DNA of 32,000 bases from Candidatus Saganbacteria bacterium (GTDB lineage: Bacteria; Margulisbacteria; WOR-1; JAKLHX01): positions 95,284 through 127,283 of the forward strand of contig JAPLKZ010000007.1 in NCBI GenBank assembly GCA_026387835.1, in the 5' to 3' direction. Every line of letters starts with the position of its first letter. Within the stretch, counting starts at the first letter, position 1. Below, one piece after another: positions 19,910-29,014 of this stretch. Made by a program: the position numbers and the translations under genes. A model generated the notes under the pieces. It made no database searches. It saw only the letters and a list, made by a program, of their open reading frames with translations, and was not told where the DNA came from.

Positions 19910-22531
19910 AAGGATGATCCTGCTTTTCGATGTTGAAGATCCGCCCGACGCGTCCTTTGCCGCGACACGGATTATATAAGTGCCGTTTGACAGTGCCTCT
20001 CCAAAAGAATTATTGCCGTCCCAGGTAAGATCTTTGTTAAAGCCCGAGACCGCGGTCCCCGACTTCTTACAGACAAGAGATCCTTTAATGTCGAACACGT
20101 ACAGCGTGACAGTAGAATCTTTGGAACAGTCAAAAGTTATCGCGGCACTGCCGCTTGCGGGGTCGAACGGGTTCGGACAGGCAAGGAGATTGCTTATGCT
20201 CATATCCACATCGGCAGGGGCGATGTAGAGTGTCTTACCGCTTATAGACGTTTTGTTCCCGGCAAGGTCGCAGACAGACACCGTGATATTATTAGACCCG
20301 TTTTCAAGGTTCACGGAAGCGCTGAACTCGTTATTTTTTACGGAAATGCCCTTGGCGGGTTTTTCATTCACGAGTATACTGAAGGTCGAAATAAAAGTCT
20401 TGTCCGCTTTGCCGGCTATCTCAATAGTGCCGGTCCCCGTCTCCGCGGGTATTTCTTTAGACAGCGTGAGCACGGGCGGCACCGTGTCGACGATATAATT
20501 ATATTTTGCCGGAGTGCCTGAATTCCCCGCCAGGTCCCTGGTGTTTATCTCAAGGCAGTAAAGTCCGTCCTTAAGCGGTTTTTCAGGATAAAGGACTACG
20601 GAAGAAGAACTTTTATCAAAAGATGCAGTTGTCTCAACCGTGACGCCGCCGCAGGACAGCCTTCCTTTTGTACCGGAAGGATCAGCGCCGGCACCTTCGT
20701 CCGCGATAGGGGCTATGACGGCGTCTATTCTGTTTGAAAATATTTTATCTCCCGGGGCTGACAGAACGACCGTCGGGCTTTTTGAGTCAATATTAATGTT
20801 CAGCGTGCTTTTTTTGACGCTGCCGTTCTTATCGGCGATACTGAGAGTAAAACTATTTTTGCCGTGCGGCAGCCACTGCGGGAGCTTAACAAAACCGCTG
20901 ATCCTGTCACTGATGAGGTCATAGGCCAGGGAACTCTCGGCAGTGGAGCCGCTGAAAGTTATCGCCGCTTCCTGCTCGTCTTCGATCAGATGATCTGTCA
21001 AAAACTGCGCTTCCATTGCAATGGTAGTGCCCGGCCTGACCCAGTCTTTTTCCGACGGTTTATTCAGGGCGAGGTCCGCGGAAGCCGGCATGTAATACAC
21101 GGTCCTTGTCAGTGTCGACCTGTTTCCGGCCAAATCTGCCGCTTCAAAGGTCATAATATTTGGTCCGGCTTTCAATATTTGCCTGGTATTAAAAAATCCC
21201 GCGGCCCCCAAAAATATCTTAGAGCCGTTGATGATGAGGACGGCATCAGCCTCTGTAGTTCCCGAGACCGCTATCTCGCCGGTCTCTGCCGTTGAATTAT
21301 CGGAAGGAGAAATTATGGTCAATATCGGTTTTACACGGTCAAGAGTAAACGACCGTACCTTTGAGGAGACGGCGCTAAAAGCGTCACTTAGATCGATGCG
21401 GTAATAATATCTGCCGTCTTTCAGTGATACCGGCATCCTGAAAGAAAAGCCGGCGGGAGCCACTTCCTGATATGATCCCGGAGAAAACAGGCTGTCCTGC
21501 GAGAGGGCAAGAGTATATTGCAGATCATCGGGATCTTTTACCGGCATGATCTTTACGGTAACTTCCGAGGTCGCCGAAATAAGATCATCAGGTGTCAAAA
21601 GAACCGGAGAAGACGGGGCAGGAAGGTCGATACTAAACAGGGCGTCATTACCCAGCACAGCGGTAAATCCGGAATTACCCGGCAGGAGCGTCATGCCGTT
21701 CATGCTTTCGGCAGGGAAGGGCAGTAATAGATTAACAGCCTTTTTCCACCGGTAGCCGTTGTCGAAAGACCTGGTCAGCATCAGGCTGTTGCCGCTTCTA
21801 ATGCAGAGGAACATGGCGTTTTTCAGGACGGCCGCGATGTCAAAGGAATCTACGGCTGAAGGGCTTACAAATATTTCGCGCGGCGTTGACCATGAGGTCC
21901 CGCCTGCCGGCTTTGAAACGAGGATGATCTTGTTCATTCCGCTTTCTGATATTACTGATGCCGCATAGCAGTAACCGTTAAGTATTTTTACCTTGAAAGA
22001 CCCGGCACCTGACACTGAGCTGAAAGGCGCTGACGCTGTCCCCCAGGAAACGCCCAGGTCCGGAGATTCCCTGTATGAGATACTTTTTGCGGCTTTATCG
22101 GTAAAAGCGAGGCACAAATAGTTGTTTTCCGCGGCAAGATCTATGAAGGAGGGCTTTTTATCGAATTTGTACAGCCCGACAGGCGAGGTCCAGTTGCTGC
22201 CGCCGTCGCCTGACTTTGAAAAGAACAACCTGTTCTGTGTTATCCAAAATAGCCTGATCTCACTGCCGGAAAAGAAAAGCCTGATGAAAGAGCAGTTATC
22301 TCCGAGCGCTTCGACGGTCTGCGCCTCTGTATAAGTGCGGCCGAGATCGGCTGACCTTGAGATCGTTATATCCCTGCCTGCAGCGGCCCTGTAAAGCGTA
22401 TTTGATGCGATGCCGTAGTCATACAGGTCCTGGTACAGCGTTTCCGCTAAAGTGCCGGAAGAAAAAAACAAAGCGCTTATGCACAGTAATACTGCCGCGA
22501 GGTTTATTAATTGCCTGCAATTAAAGCGCAT
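19901..22531 (-). CDS. Secreted 876-aa protein: signal peptide, BNR/Asp-box beta-propeller, several Ig-like (Big_5-type, D-L-A-G-N) domains and a C-terminal FlgD-Ig/T9SS-CTD-like domain
   Basis: Signal peptide LAAVLLCISALFFSSGTLAE. Asp-box motifs SADLGRTY, SGDGGSNW, SPDLGVSW, AGGTSW and SFDNGYRW. Three DLAGN-terminated Ig-like modules. C-terminus CPNPFDP...TLYVFDIKGSLV...LTWDGNN..G..LSNGTYIIRV. Confidence 0.75.
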   Translation of the reverse strand: MRFNCRQLINLAAVLLCISALFFSSGTLAETLYQDLYDYGIASNTLYRAAAGRDITISRSADLGRTYTEAQTVEALGDNCSFIRLFFSGSEIRLFWITQNRLFFSKSGDGGSNWTSPVGLYKFDKKPSFIDLAAENNYLCLAFTDKAAKSISYRESPDLGVSWGTASAPFSSVSGAGSFKVKILNGYCYAASVISESGMNKIILVSKPAGGTSWSTPREIFVSPSAVDSFDIAAVLKNAMFLCIRSGNSLMLTRSFDNGYRWKKAVNLLLPFPAESMNGMTLLPGNSGFTAVLGNDALFSIDLPAPSSPVLLTPDDLISATSEVTVKIMPVKDPDDLQYTLALSQDSLFSPGSYQEVAPAGFSFRMPVSLKDGRYYYRIDLSDAFSAVSSKVRSFTLDRVKPILTIISPSDNSTAETGEIAVSGTTEADAVLIINGSKIFLGAAGFFNTRQILKAGPNIMTFEAADLAGNRSTLTRTVYYMPASADLALNKPSEKDWVRPGTTIAMEAQFLTDHLIEDEQEAAITFSGSTAESSLAYDLISDRISGFVKLPQWLPHGKNSFTLSIADKNGSVKKSTLNINIDSKSPTVVLSAPGDKIFSNRIDAVIAPIADEGAGADPSGTKGRLSCGGVTVETTASFDKSSSSVVLYPEKPLKDGLYCLEINTRDLAGNSGTPAKYNYIVDTVPPVLTLSKEIPAETGTGTIEIAGKADKTFISTFSILVNEKPAKGISVKNNEFSASVNLENGSNNITVSVCDLAGNKTSISGKTLYIAPADVDMSISNLLACPNPFDPASGSAAITFDCSKDSTVTLYVFDIKGSLVCKKSGTAVSGFNKDLTWDGNNSFGEALSNGTYIIRVAAKDASGGSSTSKSRIILLR

Positions 22532-22548
22532 AAAAATTTATTAAGTTA

Positions 22549-22577
22549 ATTCTAACACCGCGGTTATTATATATCAA
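22549..22577 (-). promoter_or_regulatory. Sigma70-type promoter for the BNR/Ig protein gene
   Basis: On the minus strand: TTGATA (22577-22572), 17 nt, TAGAAT (22554-22549), with TG giving TGTTAGAAT. The -10 ends 17 nt before the ATG at 22531. Confidence 0.45.
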
Positions 22578-22584
22578 TAAGTAA

Positions 22585-22613
22585 TTGCCTTGCTATGCCA
22601 TCTAAGTTATAAT
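22585..22613 (+). promoter_or_regulatory. Sigma70-type promoter for the trmH-family/pheS/pheT/mutS block
   Basis: TTGCCT (22585-22590), 17 nt, TATAAT (22608-22613). The -10 ends 9 nt before ATG 22623 and no SD intervenes. Confidence 0.45.
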
Positions 22614-22622
22614 TTCATTAAC

Positions 22623-23402
22623 ATGATAGAAAGCGCGGATAATACCAAGATCAAGCTGGCAAAAAAATTGCTCTCAAATAAAAAGGAGAGGGATAAAGAA
22701 GGCCTGTTCGCAGTAGAAGGGCCGCACCTGATCGAAGAAGCGGTAAAGAGCGGTATCGAGATAAAATATATTTTGTACGGCAGCAAAGCGGAGACGGCGC
22801 TCGCAGCTTTGAATGCGGATAAGATCGAAAAGTTCATGGTCTCTGATAAGATAATAGCTTCCGTTTCCGACACCGTGACCTCCCAGGGAATACTGGCCGT
22901 GGTCAAAAAACCTAAGGCCGGTCCCGGTATTTCAGGAAAATATATTGTTATGTGCGACTCGATACAGGACCCAGGTAACCTTGGGACGATAATACGTTCC
23001 GCGGCGGCATCAGGATTTAATGTTGTTGTCTCGGGTGACAGCGCGGATGTGTATAATCCAAAAACAGTTCGCGCGACGCAGGGCGCTTTGTTCAAAACAG
23101 CCGTCTTTGAAGACGCGGACCTGAAAGAGGCATTAAAGAAGACAAAAGGCAGGGTCCTTGGAGCAAAAATGAACGCCTCAAAGTCTATATATGAAGTGAA
23201 ACTGGATACGCCTTTTACTGTTATAATTGGTAATGAAGCAGGCGGCATCAGGAAAGAACTGCTGGACCTCTGTGATGAAAAGGTAAAAATACCCATGGAG
23301 GCCGGTGTCGAATCGCTCAATGCAGGGGTTTGCGCGTCAATAATAATGTTCGAATCGATGAGGCAGAGGGGACAGCAGAATGCAGTCCGCAGTAAGCAGT
23401 AA
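22623..23402 (+). CDS. TrmH/SpoU-family RNA 2'-O-methyltransferase (RlmB/YsgA-like)
   Basis: SpoU motifs DSIQDPGNLGTIIRSAAA, IIGNEAGGI and IPM...ESLNAGVCASIIMFE. Start moved to ATG 22623 (M12 of the track ORF), because the TTG at 22590 would lie inside the predicted promoter. Confidence 0.8.
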   Translation: MIESADNTKIKLAKKLLSNKKERDKEGLFAVEGPHLIEEAVKSGIEIKYILYGSKAETALAALNADKIEKFMVSDKIIASVSDTVTSQGILAVVKKPKAGPGISGKYIVMCDSIQDPGNLGTIIRSAAASGFNVVVSGDSADVYNPKTVRATQGALFKTAVFEDADLKEALKKTKGRVLGAKMNASKSIYEVKLDTPFTVIIGNEAGGIRKELLDLCDEKVKIPMEAGVESLNAGVCASIIMFESMRQRGQQNAVRSKQ

Positions 23403-23409
23403 GTGAAAA

Positions 23410-24405
23410 ATGGACATTGAAGAAAAAATTCAAAAGACAGAGACAGAAGCTCTCGCGGAGATAGGGGCGACTTCCGACTTAAGGACTTTTGAATCGGCGA
23501 AAAACAAATATCTCGGCAGGAAAGGCCTTATAGCGGAGCTTTTCAACGAGATGAAGGTGCTTTCGCCGGAGGAGAAGAAGAAGGCCGGAGCTTTGTTGAA
23601 CGGCCTGAAGATGAAAGCGGAGGAGAAGGCGAAGGAGAAGGCGGAGGCGTTAAATGCCGGGTCTTCAAAAAGAGCGTCTGACAGGCTTGACATCACGCTT
23701 CCCGGAAAAAGGATAAAAAAAGGCAGCATTAATATAATCACACAGGTGATGGATGAAATGCTTGCAATATTTTCTTCGATGGGATACATCGTTGCCCAGG
23801 GGCCCGAGATAGAGACCGACTATTATAATTTTGAAGCCCTGAACATCCCGGCGGACCACCCCTCGAGGGACATGTGGAGCACTTTTTACGTGTCCGGAGG
23901 AAAACTGCTCAGGACCCACACCTCTCCCGTCCAGGTGAGGTTCATGGAAAAGAACGACCCGCCGTTCGCGGCGGTATTTCCCGGCAAGGTCTACAGGCGC
24001 GACGCGGCAGACGCTTCCCATCTTCCGGTATTTCATCAACTGGAAGGGCTGCTGGTCGGCGATGATATAACTATGTCCGACCTGAAAGGCACGCTCACAA
24101 AATTTTTAAGGAAGATGTTCGGGCGTGACAGGAAAGTACGCTTCAGGCCGAGTTTTTTCCCGTTCACAGAACCTTCAGCGGAAGTGGATGTAGAATGTTT
24201 CATCTGCGGCGGAAAAGGCTGCCGGCTTTGCAAGAACACGGGATGGCTTGAGATCCTCGGCTCGGGAATGGTGGATCCGAACGTCTTTCCGGTGAGCGGG
24301 TTCGCGTTCGGCATGGGAATAGAGCGCATCGCGATGCTCAAATACGGAGTCGATGATATCCGCGTGTTTTTTGAGAATGATTTAAGGGTATTGAGGCAAT
24401 TTTAA
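23410..24405 (+). CDS. pheS: Phenylalanine--tRNA ligase alpha subunit
   Basis: Class II motifs HPSRDMWSTFY, FRPSFFPFTEPSAEVDV and GFAFGMGIERIAMLKYGVDDIR. Confidence 0.95.
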   Translation: MDIEEKIQKTETEALAEIGATSDLRTFESAKNKYLGRKGLIAELFNEMKVLSPEEKKKAGALLNGLKMKAEEKAKEKAEALNAGSSKRASDRLDITLPGKRIKKGSINIITQVMDEMLAIFSSMGYIVAQGPEIETDYYNFEALNIPADHPSRDMWSTFYVSGGKLLRTHTSPVQVRFMEKNDPPFAAVFPGKVYRRDAADASHLPVFHQLEGLLVGDDITMSDLKGTLTKFLRKMFGRDRKVRFRPSFFPFTEPSAEVDVECFICGGKGCRLCKNTGWLEILGSGMVDPNVFPVSGFAFGMGIERIAMLKYGVDDIRVFFENDLRVLRQF

Positions 24406-24406
24406 A

Positions 24407-24499
24407 CCTCACCCCGCCTCGCTCACGCTCGGCACCCCTCTCCACTTTGTGGAGAGGTGAAAGCGACCCCCGATGAAATCGGGGGGAGCAGGGGTGAGG
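24407..24499. repeat. Nested-palindrome intergenic element, variant copy, in the pheS-pheT spacer
   Basis: Outer arms CCTCACCCC (24407-15) and GGGGTGAGG (24491-99) enclose two hairpins: CCTCTCCAC ttt GTGGAGAGG (24437-57) and CCCCCGAT gaa ATCGGGGG (24467-85). Confidence 0.8.
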
Positions 24500-24516
24500 A
24501 TTTGGAGAAATATTTT

Positions 24517-26568
24517 ATGAAAATACCGTTTGAATGGTTAAAAGAATTCGTGGATGCCGACGGCGGCATTGAAAAAGTCGCGCAAGGCCTGTCCATGTCC
24601 GGCACCGAGATCGCGTCAAAAGAAAATAATGTCCTTGAAATAGAGATCCTTCCTAACAGGGGCGACTGCCTGTCCGTGCTCGGCGTGGCAAGGGAAGTGT
24701 GCGCGGTACAGGGAAAAAATTTGAAAAGCCAAAAAGCTGAAGTGAAGGAAGAGGGAAGGCAGATCGGCGAACTTGCCCGCGTAGAAGTTAAAGATAAGAA
24801 GCTGTGCCCGAGATACATGGCGCGCGTCATCACGGATATAACGATCGGGGATTCCCCGTCCTGGATGCAGAAAAGACTGCTGGATTGCGGGATGAGGCCG
24901 ATAAATAATATCGTCGATATCACGAATTACGTGCTTCTTGAATCAGGACAGCCGCTCCACGCTTTTGACCTTGACAGGCTTGAAGGGAAAAAGATCATAG
25001 TTAGAAAAGCAGCCGACAAGGAAAAGATAAAAACGCTGGATGACGTTGAAAGGACCCTTTCAAAAGATGACCTCGTCATCGCGGATGAAAACCGTCCTGT
25101 CGCGATAGCGGGCGTCATGGGAGGCGGCAGTACCGAGGTCTCTTCTTCGACAAAGAATATCCTTCTTGAGTCGGCGTATTTTGAGCCGGCATCGGTTAAC
25201 AGGACCGCGAAGGACCAGAAGATGAGGACTGAGGCTTCCATAAGGTTTGAAAGGGGCGTCGATTTTGACAACGTGGCAAAAGCTCTTGACAGGGCGGCGG
25301 GCCTTATGACAGAGCATGGCAAAGGGAAAGCGGCCAAAGGCGTCATCGACATAAAAGAAAGCGAAAGAAAGCCCAAAGAGATCATCCTGAGGCCCGAAAA
25401 GCTGAACAAGGTGCTCGGGATAGAGGTCCCTGAAAAAAAATGCGCCGATATCCTTACGGGACTCGGCTTTTCCGTCGGCAAAAGCGGGGAGTCTCTCAAA
25501 GTGGCCGTCCCGCTCCACAGGGCGGGTGATATCGAAAGGGAGATAGACCTGATAGAAGAAGTCGCCCGCATCTTCGGTTATGACAAGTTAAAGGAGACAG
25601 TCCCCTCGATAGAGCCGGCAATAAAAAGCGATGACCGGACGGAAAAGTCCATCAGGAAAGAGAGCAGGCTGAAACAGGTCCTTGCTGACTGCGGTTTTTC
25701 GGAGGCAAAGACTTTCAGCATGACAGGCGAAAAACTTTACTCAAAAGCGGGGCTGACCCTGGGAAAAGCCGTGCCGATAACCAACCCGCTCATAGATGAG
25801 ATGACGCATTTAAGGACGACCATCGTCCCGGGACTGCTCGAGGCGGCGCAGTATAACATCCACCGCCAGATGCATGACATCGCGCTTTTTGAGGCCGGCA
25901 GTGTGTTCTCCCTGCAGGGCAGTGAGCAAAGAGAAAGGACCGTCGTCTCGGCGCTCCTGACGGGGTCCGTCTGGGAAGGAGCGGTGGAAAAAGACCCCTC
26001 GGCAAGCTCGGGGCAAGGCAAGATCAGCGAAGACCTCTATTATTTAAAAGGAATTGTTGAAGATATACTTGACCTTTACGGTGAGGGGAAGGCGGAATTC
26101 AGGACCTCTTCCGGCCCGCTTTTAAAAGAAGGAGCGGAAATATTCCTGAACGGAGATAAGATAGGTTTCTTCGGCCAGGTACAGGACAGGATAAAAGCGA
26201 ATTTCGACCTGACAGCCCCTGTCTTCATCTTTGAAATAGACCTTGACGCGCTTTGCCTTACAAAAGAACCCCTCGTGGTATACAGTTCAGCCCCGAAGTT
26301 CCCTAGCGTCAGGCGCGATATCGCGATGTTCATCCCGGAAAATGTCCTTCATAAAGACATCGCGGGCCTGATCAGGTCCGCGGGAGGCAGGCTCGTGGAA
26401 TCGGTCACGTTATTTGATAAGTTTGAAAGTAAAGGCAGGATAAGTCTTGCCTACAGCGTTATCTACAGAGATGTGAATAAGACCTTGACGGATGAGGCGG
26501 TAAATACTGTTCACGGAAAAGTGATTAATGCACTGGTTGAAAAGTTGAATGTCGAAATAAGGAAATAG
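24517..26568 (+). CDS. pheT: Phenylalanine--tRNA ligase beta subunit (short form, 683 aa)
   Basis: MKIPFEWLKEFV is the canonical PheT N-terminus, and NRGDCLSVLGVAREV and the B3/4, B5 and FDX-ACB-type regions are recognisable. Start set to ATG 24517 (GGAG at 24504-07). The track start at 24457 lies inside the palindromic repeat. Confidence 0.92.
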   Translation: MKIPFEWLKEFVDADGGIEKVAQGLSMSGTEIASKENNVLEIEILPNRGDCLSVLGVAREVCAVQGKNLKSQKAEVKEEGRQIGELARVEVKDKKLCPRYMARVITDITIGDSPSWMQKRLLDCGMRPINNIVDITNYVLLESGQPLHAFDLDRLEGKKIIVRKAADKEKIKTLDDVERTLSKDDLVIADENRPVAIAGVMGGGSTEVSSSTKNILLESAYFEPASVNRTAKDQKMRTEASIRFERGVDFDNVAKALDRAAGLMTEHGKGKAAKGVIDIKESERKPKEIILRPEKLNKVLGIEVPEKKCADILTGLGFSVGKSGESLKVAVPLHRAGDIEREIDLIEEVARIFGYDKLKETVPSIEPAIKSDDRTEKSIRKESRLKQVLADCGFSEAKTFSMTGEKLYSKAGLTLGKAVPITNPLIDEMTHLRTTIVPGLLEAAQYNIHRQMHDIALFEAGSVFSLQGSEQRERTVVSALLTGSVWEGAVEKDPSASSGQGKISEDLYYLKGIVEDILDLYGEGKAEFRTSSGPLLKEGAEIFLNGDKIGFFGQVQDRIKANFDLTAPVFIFEIDLDALCLTKEPLVVYSSAPKFPSVRRDIAMFIPENVLHKDIAGLIRSAGGRLVESVTLFDKFESKGRISLAYSVIYRDVNKTLTDEAVNTVHGKVINALVEKLNVEIRK

Positions 26569-26572
26569 ACCG

Positions 26573-29014
26573 ATGTCCGATCCTACCCCCATGATGAAAC
26601 AATACCGTCAGGTAAAGTCCGAGGTGCCGGACGCGCTTTTGTTCTTCAGGCTCGGCGACTTCTACGAGATGTTCGGGGAAGACGCGCTCGTCGCGTCAAA
26701 AGAACTGGAAATAACGCTTACAGGAAGAGGGCAGGGCGAGAACCGCGCTCCGATGTGCGGTGTCCCTTATCACAGCGTCACTCCTTATATTTCCAAACTT
26801 ATATCGAAAGGCTACAAGGTCGCGATATGCGAGCAGGTGGAAGACCCCGATCTTGCTGAAGGGCTCGTAAAAAGAGAGGTCATAAAAATAATCACTCCCG
26901 GGACGGTGCTGGATACCGCGATGCTCAGCGAAAAAGAAAGCAACTACCTGATGGCCCTTTCTTTTTCATCCGGCAGGACAGGCCTTTCGTATATCGATAT
27001 CTCGACCGGAGAGTTCAAAGCTCTTGATATCGAAGGAGATGTCGGCATGAAAGTGCTGTATGACGAGATAGAACGCGTGAGCCCGGCCGAAGTCATTATC
27101 TCAAGGGATGTATTTGAGAACGATAAAAAACTGGTATCGTTCTTAAAGTCAAAGAACATAGTCATCACCCCGTATAACCTGAAAGACATCTTTGACGCGG
27201 CGCTTGCCAAGGAAAAAGTACTGAAGCATTTTAAACTGGAATCGCTTGACGGGTTCGGCTTCAAAGGCGACGAGCTGTCGCTCTGCGCGGTATCGCCTGT
27301 AATAGATTATCTTAAAGAGACGCAGAAGACATCTCTCTCGCACGTAAACTCCATAAAAAAATACCGGATAGACAATTTCATGTATATCGACACGTCCACG
27401 AGGAGGAACCTCGAGCTTGTCCAGACAATTAAGGAAAGGAGCTTTGAAGGAAGCCTTTTATGGATGCTTGACAGGACAAAAACGCCGATGGGCTCAAGGC
27501 TTTTGAGAAGCTGGGTGCTTTCACCCCTGTGCGATAAAAAGCAGATAGATGCCAGGCTTGAAGCCGTTGAGGAGCTTACAAAAAGCTCTATTCTTAGGCA
27601 GGAGCTTGAAGGAACGCTTGACGATATCAGGGACATAGAAAGGCTGACCGGAAAGATCGCCTCGGCAAGCGCTAACGCGAGGGACCTTGTCGCTTTGAAA
27701 GAATCGTTGCTACGTCTTCCCAAAGTAAAAGAACTGTTGTCGGGCTGCTTTTCCCGCCTTATAAAAGAAATGACGGGCTTTGGCGACCTTTCAGGTATTG
27801 CTTCTTTGATAGAGGCTTCCATAGTTGACGACCCTCCCTTCGTGATAAAAGACGGAGGTCTGATAAAAAAAGGGTACAGCGCCGAGCTGGACGAGATAAT
27901 AGAAGCCTCCACGCAGGGGAAGGAATGGATCTCCCGTCTTGAAGAGACGGAGAGGCAGAGGACCGGGATAAAGTCGCTCAAGGTCGGGTTCACGAAAGTC
28001 TTCGGATACTATATCGAAGTTTCGGCCACTAACCAGAAATATGTCCCGATGGATTATATCCGCAAACAGACGCTCGTCAACTGTGAGAGATACATCACTC
28101 CCGAGCTGAAAGAAAAAGAATCCATGATCCTCAACGCCCAGGAGCGCGTGGTGGAGACGGAGTACAGCCTGTTCTGCACCATAAGGGACAGGATAGCCGG
28201 GTCATCAAAGGAACTTCAGGCAGTATCTTTGTGCATAGCGTCCCTTGACGCTCTCTTAGCTCTTGCAAATACGGCAGTGGGCGAAGGTTATTTTAAACCG
28301 GAGATCACATCCGGCGGCGAGCTTATGATAAAAGAAGGACGCCATCCGGTAGCGGAGAAGACTATCGGGCATCACCTGTTCGTGCCGAACGACACAAGGA
28401 TGGACGAATTGAGCCGCTTTCTTTTAATAACAGGCCCTAACATGGCGGGGAAGTCTACATATATGAAGCAGATAGCTTTGATCGCTCTTCTTGCCCAGAT
28501 AGGAAGCTTTGTTCCCGCAAAGTCGGCAAAGATACCTGTCATAGACCGGATATTCACAAGGGTAGGAGCGCTGGACGATATTTACGCCGGGCAGTCCACT
28601 TTCATGGTCGAGATGCTCGAGGCGGCAAATATCCTAAATAACGCGACAGAGAACAGTCTGATCATACTTGACGAAATAGGACGGGGGACCGCGACTTTCG
28701 ATGGTATGAGCATAGCCTGCGCGGTCTCGGAATTCATCCATACAAAGATAAAGGCAAAGACGCTTTTCGCGACGCATTACCACGAGATAACCCAGCTCGC
28801 GGAAAAGTATCCCGGGATGAAGAACCTGAACGTCGCCGTGAAAGAAGAAGGAGACCATATAACTTTTCTGCACAAGATACTGGAAGGCCCCTCCGACAAG
28901 AGCTACGGCATACAGGTCGCGAAACTCGCGGGCCTGCCGGACGAAGTTATAAAAAGGGCAAAAGAAGTCTATGAAAAGCTGGAGATGGTAGAGAGCGACT
29001 TTGGAAAGATTTGA
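26573..29014 (+). CDS. mutS: DNA mismatch repair protein MutS
   Basis: TPMMKQYRQVK, GDFYEMF (Phe-x-Glu mismatch-binding motif), Walker A GPNMAGKSTYMKQ and Walker B LIILDEIGRGT. Confidence 0.95.
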   Translation: MSDPTPMMKQYRQVKSEVPDALLFFRLGDFYEMFGEDALVASKELEITLTGRGQGENRAPMCGVPYHSVTPYISKLISKGYKVAICEQVEDPDLAEGLVKREVIKIITPGTVLDTAMLSEKESNYLMALSFSSGRTGLSYIDISTGEFKALDIEGDVGMKVLYDEIERVSPAEVIISRDVFENDKKLVSFLKSKNIVITPYNLKDIFDAALAKEKVLKHFKLESLDGFGFKGDELSLCAVSPVIDYLKETQKTSLSHVNSIKKYRIDNFMYIDTSTRRNLELVQTIKERSFEGSLLWMLDRTKTPMGSRLLRSWVLSPLCDKKQIDARLEAVEELTKSSILRQELEGTLDDIRDIERLTGKIASASANARDLVALKESLLRLPKVKELLSGCFSRLIKEMTGFGDLSGIASLIEASIVDDPPFVIKDGGLIKKGYSAELDEIIEASTQGKEWISRLEETERQRTGIKSLKVGFTKVFGYYIEVSATNQKYVPMDYIRKQTLVNCERYITPELKEKESMILNAQERVVETEYSLFCTIRDRIAGSSKELQAVSLCIASLDALLALANTAVGEGYFKPEITSGGELMIKEGRHPVAEKTIGHHLFVPNDTRMDELSRFLLITGPNMAGKSTYMKQIALIALLAQIGSFVPAKSAKIPVIDRIFTRVGALDDIYAGQSTFMVEMLEAANILNNATENSLIILDEIGRGTATFDGMSIACAVSEFIHTKIKAKTLFATHYHEITQLAEKYPGMKNLNVAVKEEGDHITFLHKILEGPSDKSYGIQVAKLAGLPDEVIKRAKEVYEKLEMVESDFGKI

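Noticed and set aside
22590-22622. TTG 22590 and TTG 18992 as the real starts of the methyltransferase and oxidoreductase genes.
   Set aside because: Position 22590 sits inside the -35 box of the predicted promoter, and the added residues are not part of the SpoU fold. For 18992, the ATG at 19001 has an AGGAGA SD at proper spacing.
23403-23409. An expected T-box or attenuator leader upstream of pheS.
   Set aside because: Only 7 nt separate the methyltransferase stop from the pheS ATG, so there is no room for a leader. The only structured RNA candidate in the operon is the pheS-pheT spacer.
25984-26022. An in-frame extra segment in PheT (EKDPSASSGQGKIS, DNA ...cccctcggcaagctcggggcaagg...) that resembles short dispersed-repeat-derived peptides. 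It might be an intragenic repeat insertion.
   Set aside because: There are no inverted-repeat arms and no similarity to the three intergenic elements beyond a few bases. It falls in a loop that varies in length among PheT proteins, so I cannot distinguish it from ordinary lineage-specific variation without alignments.
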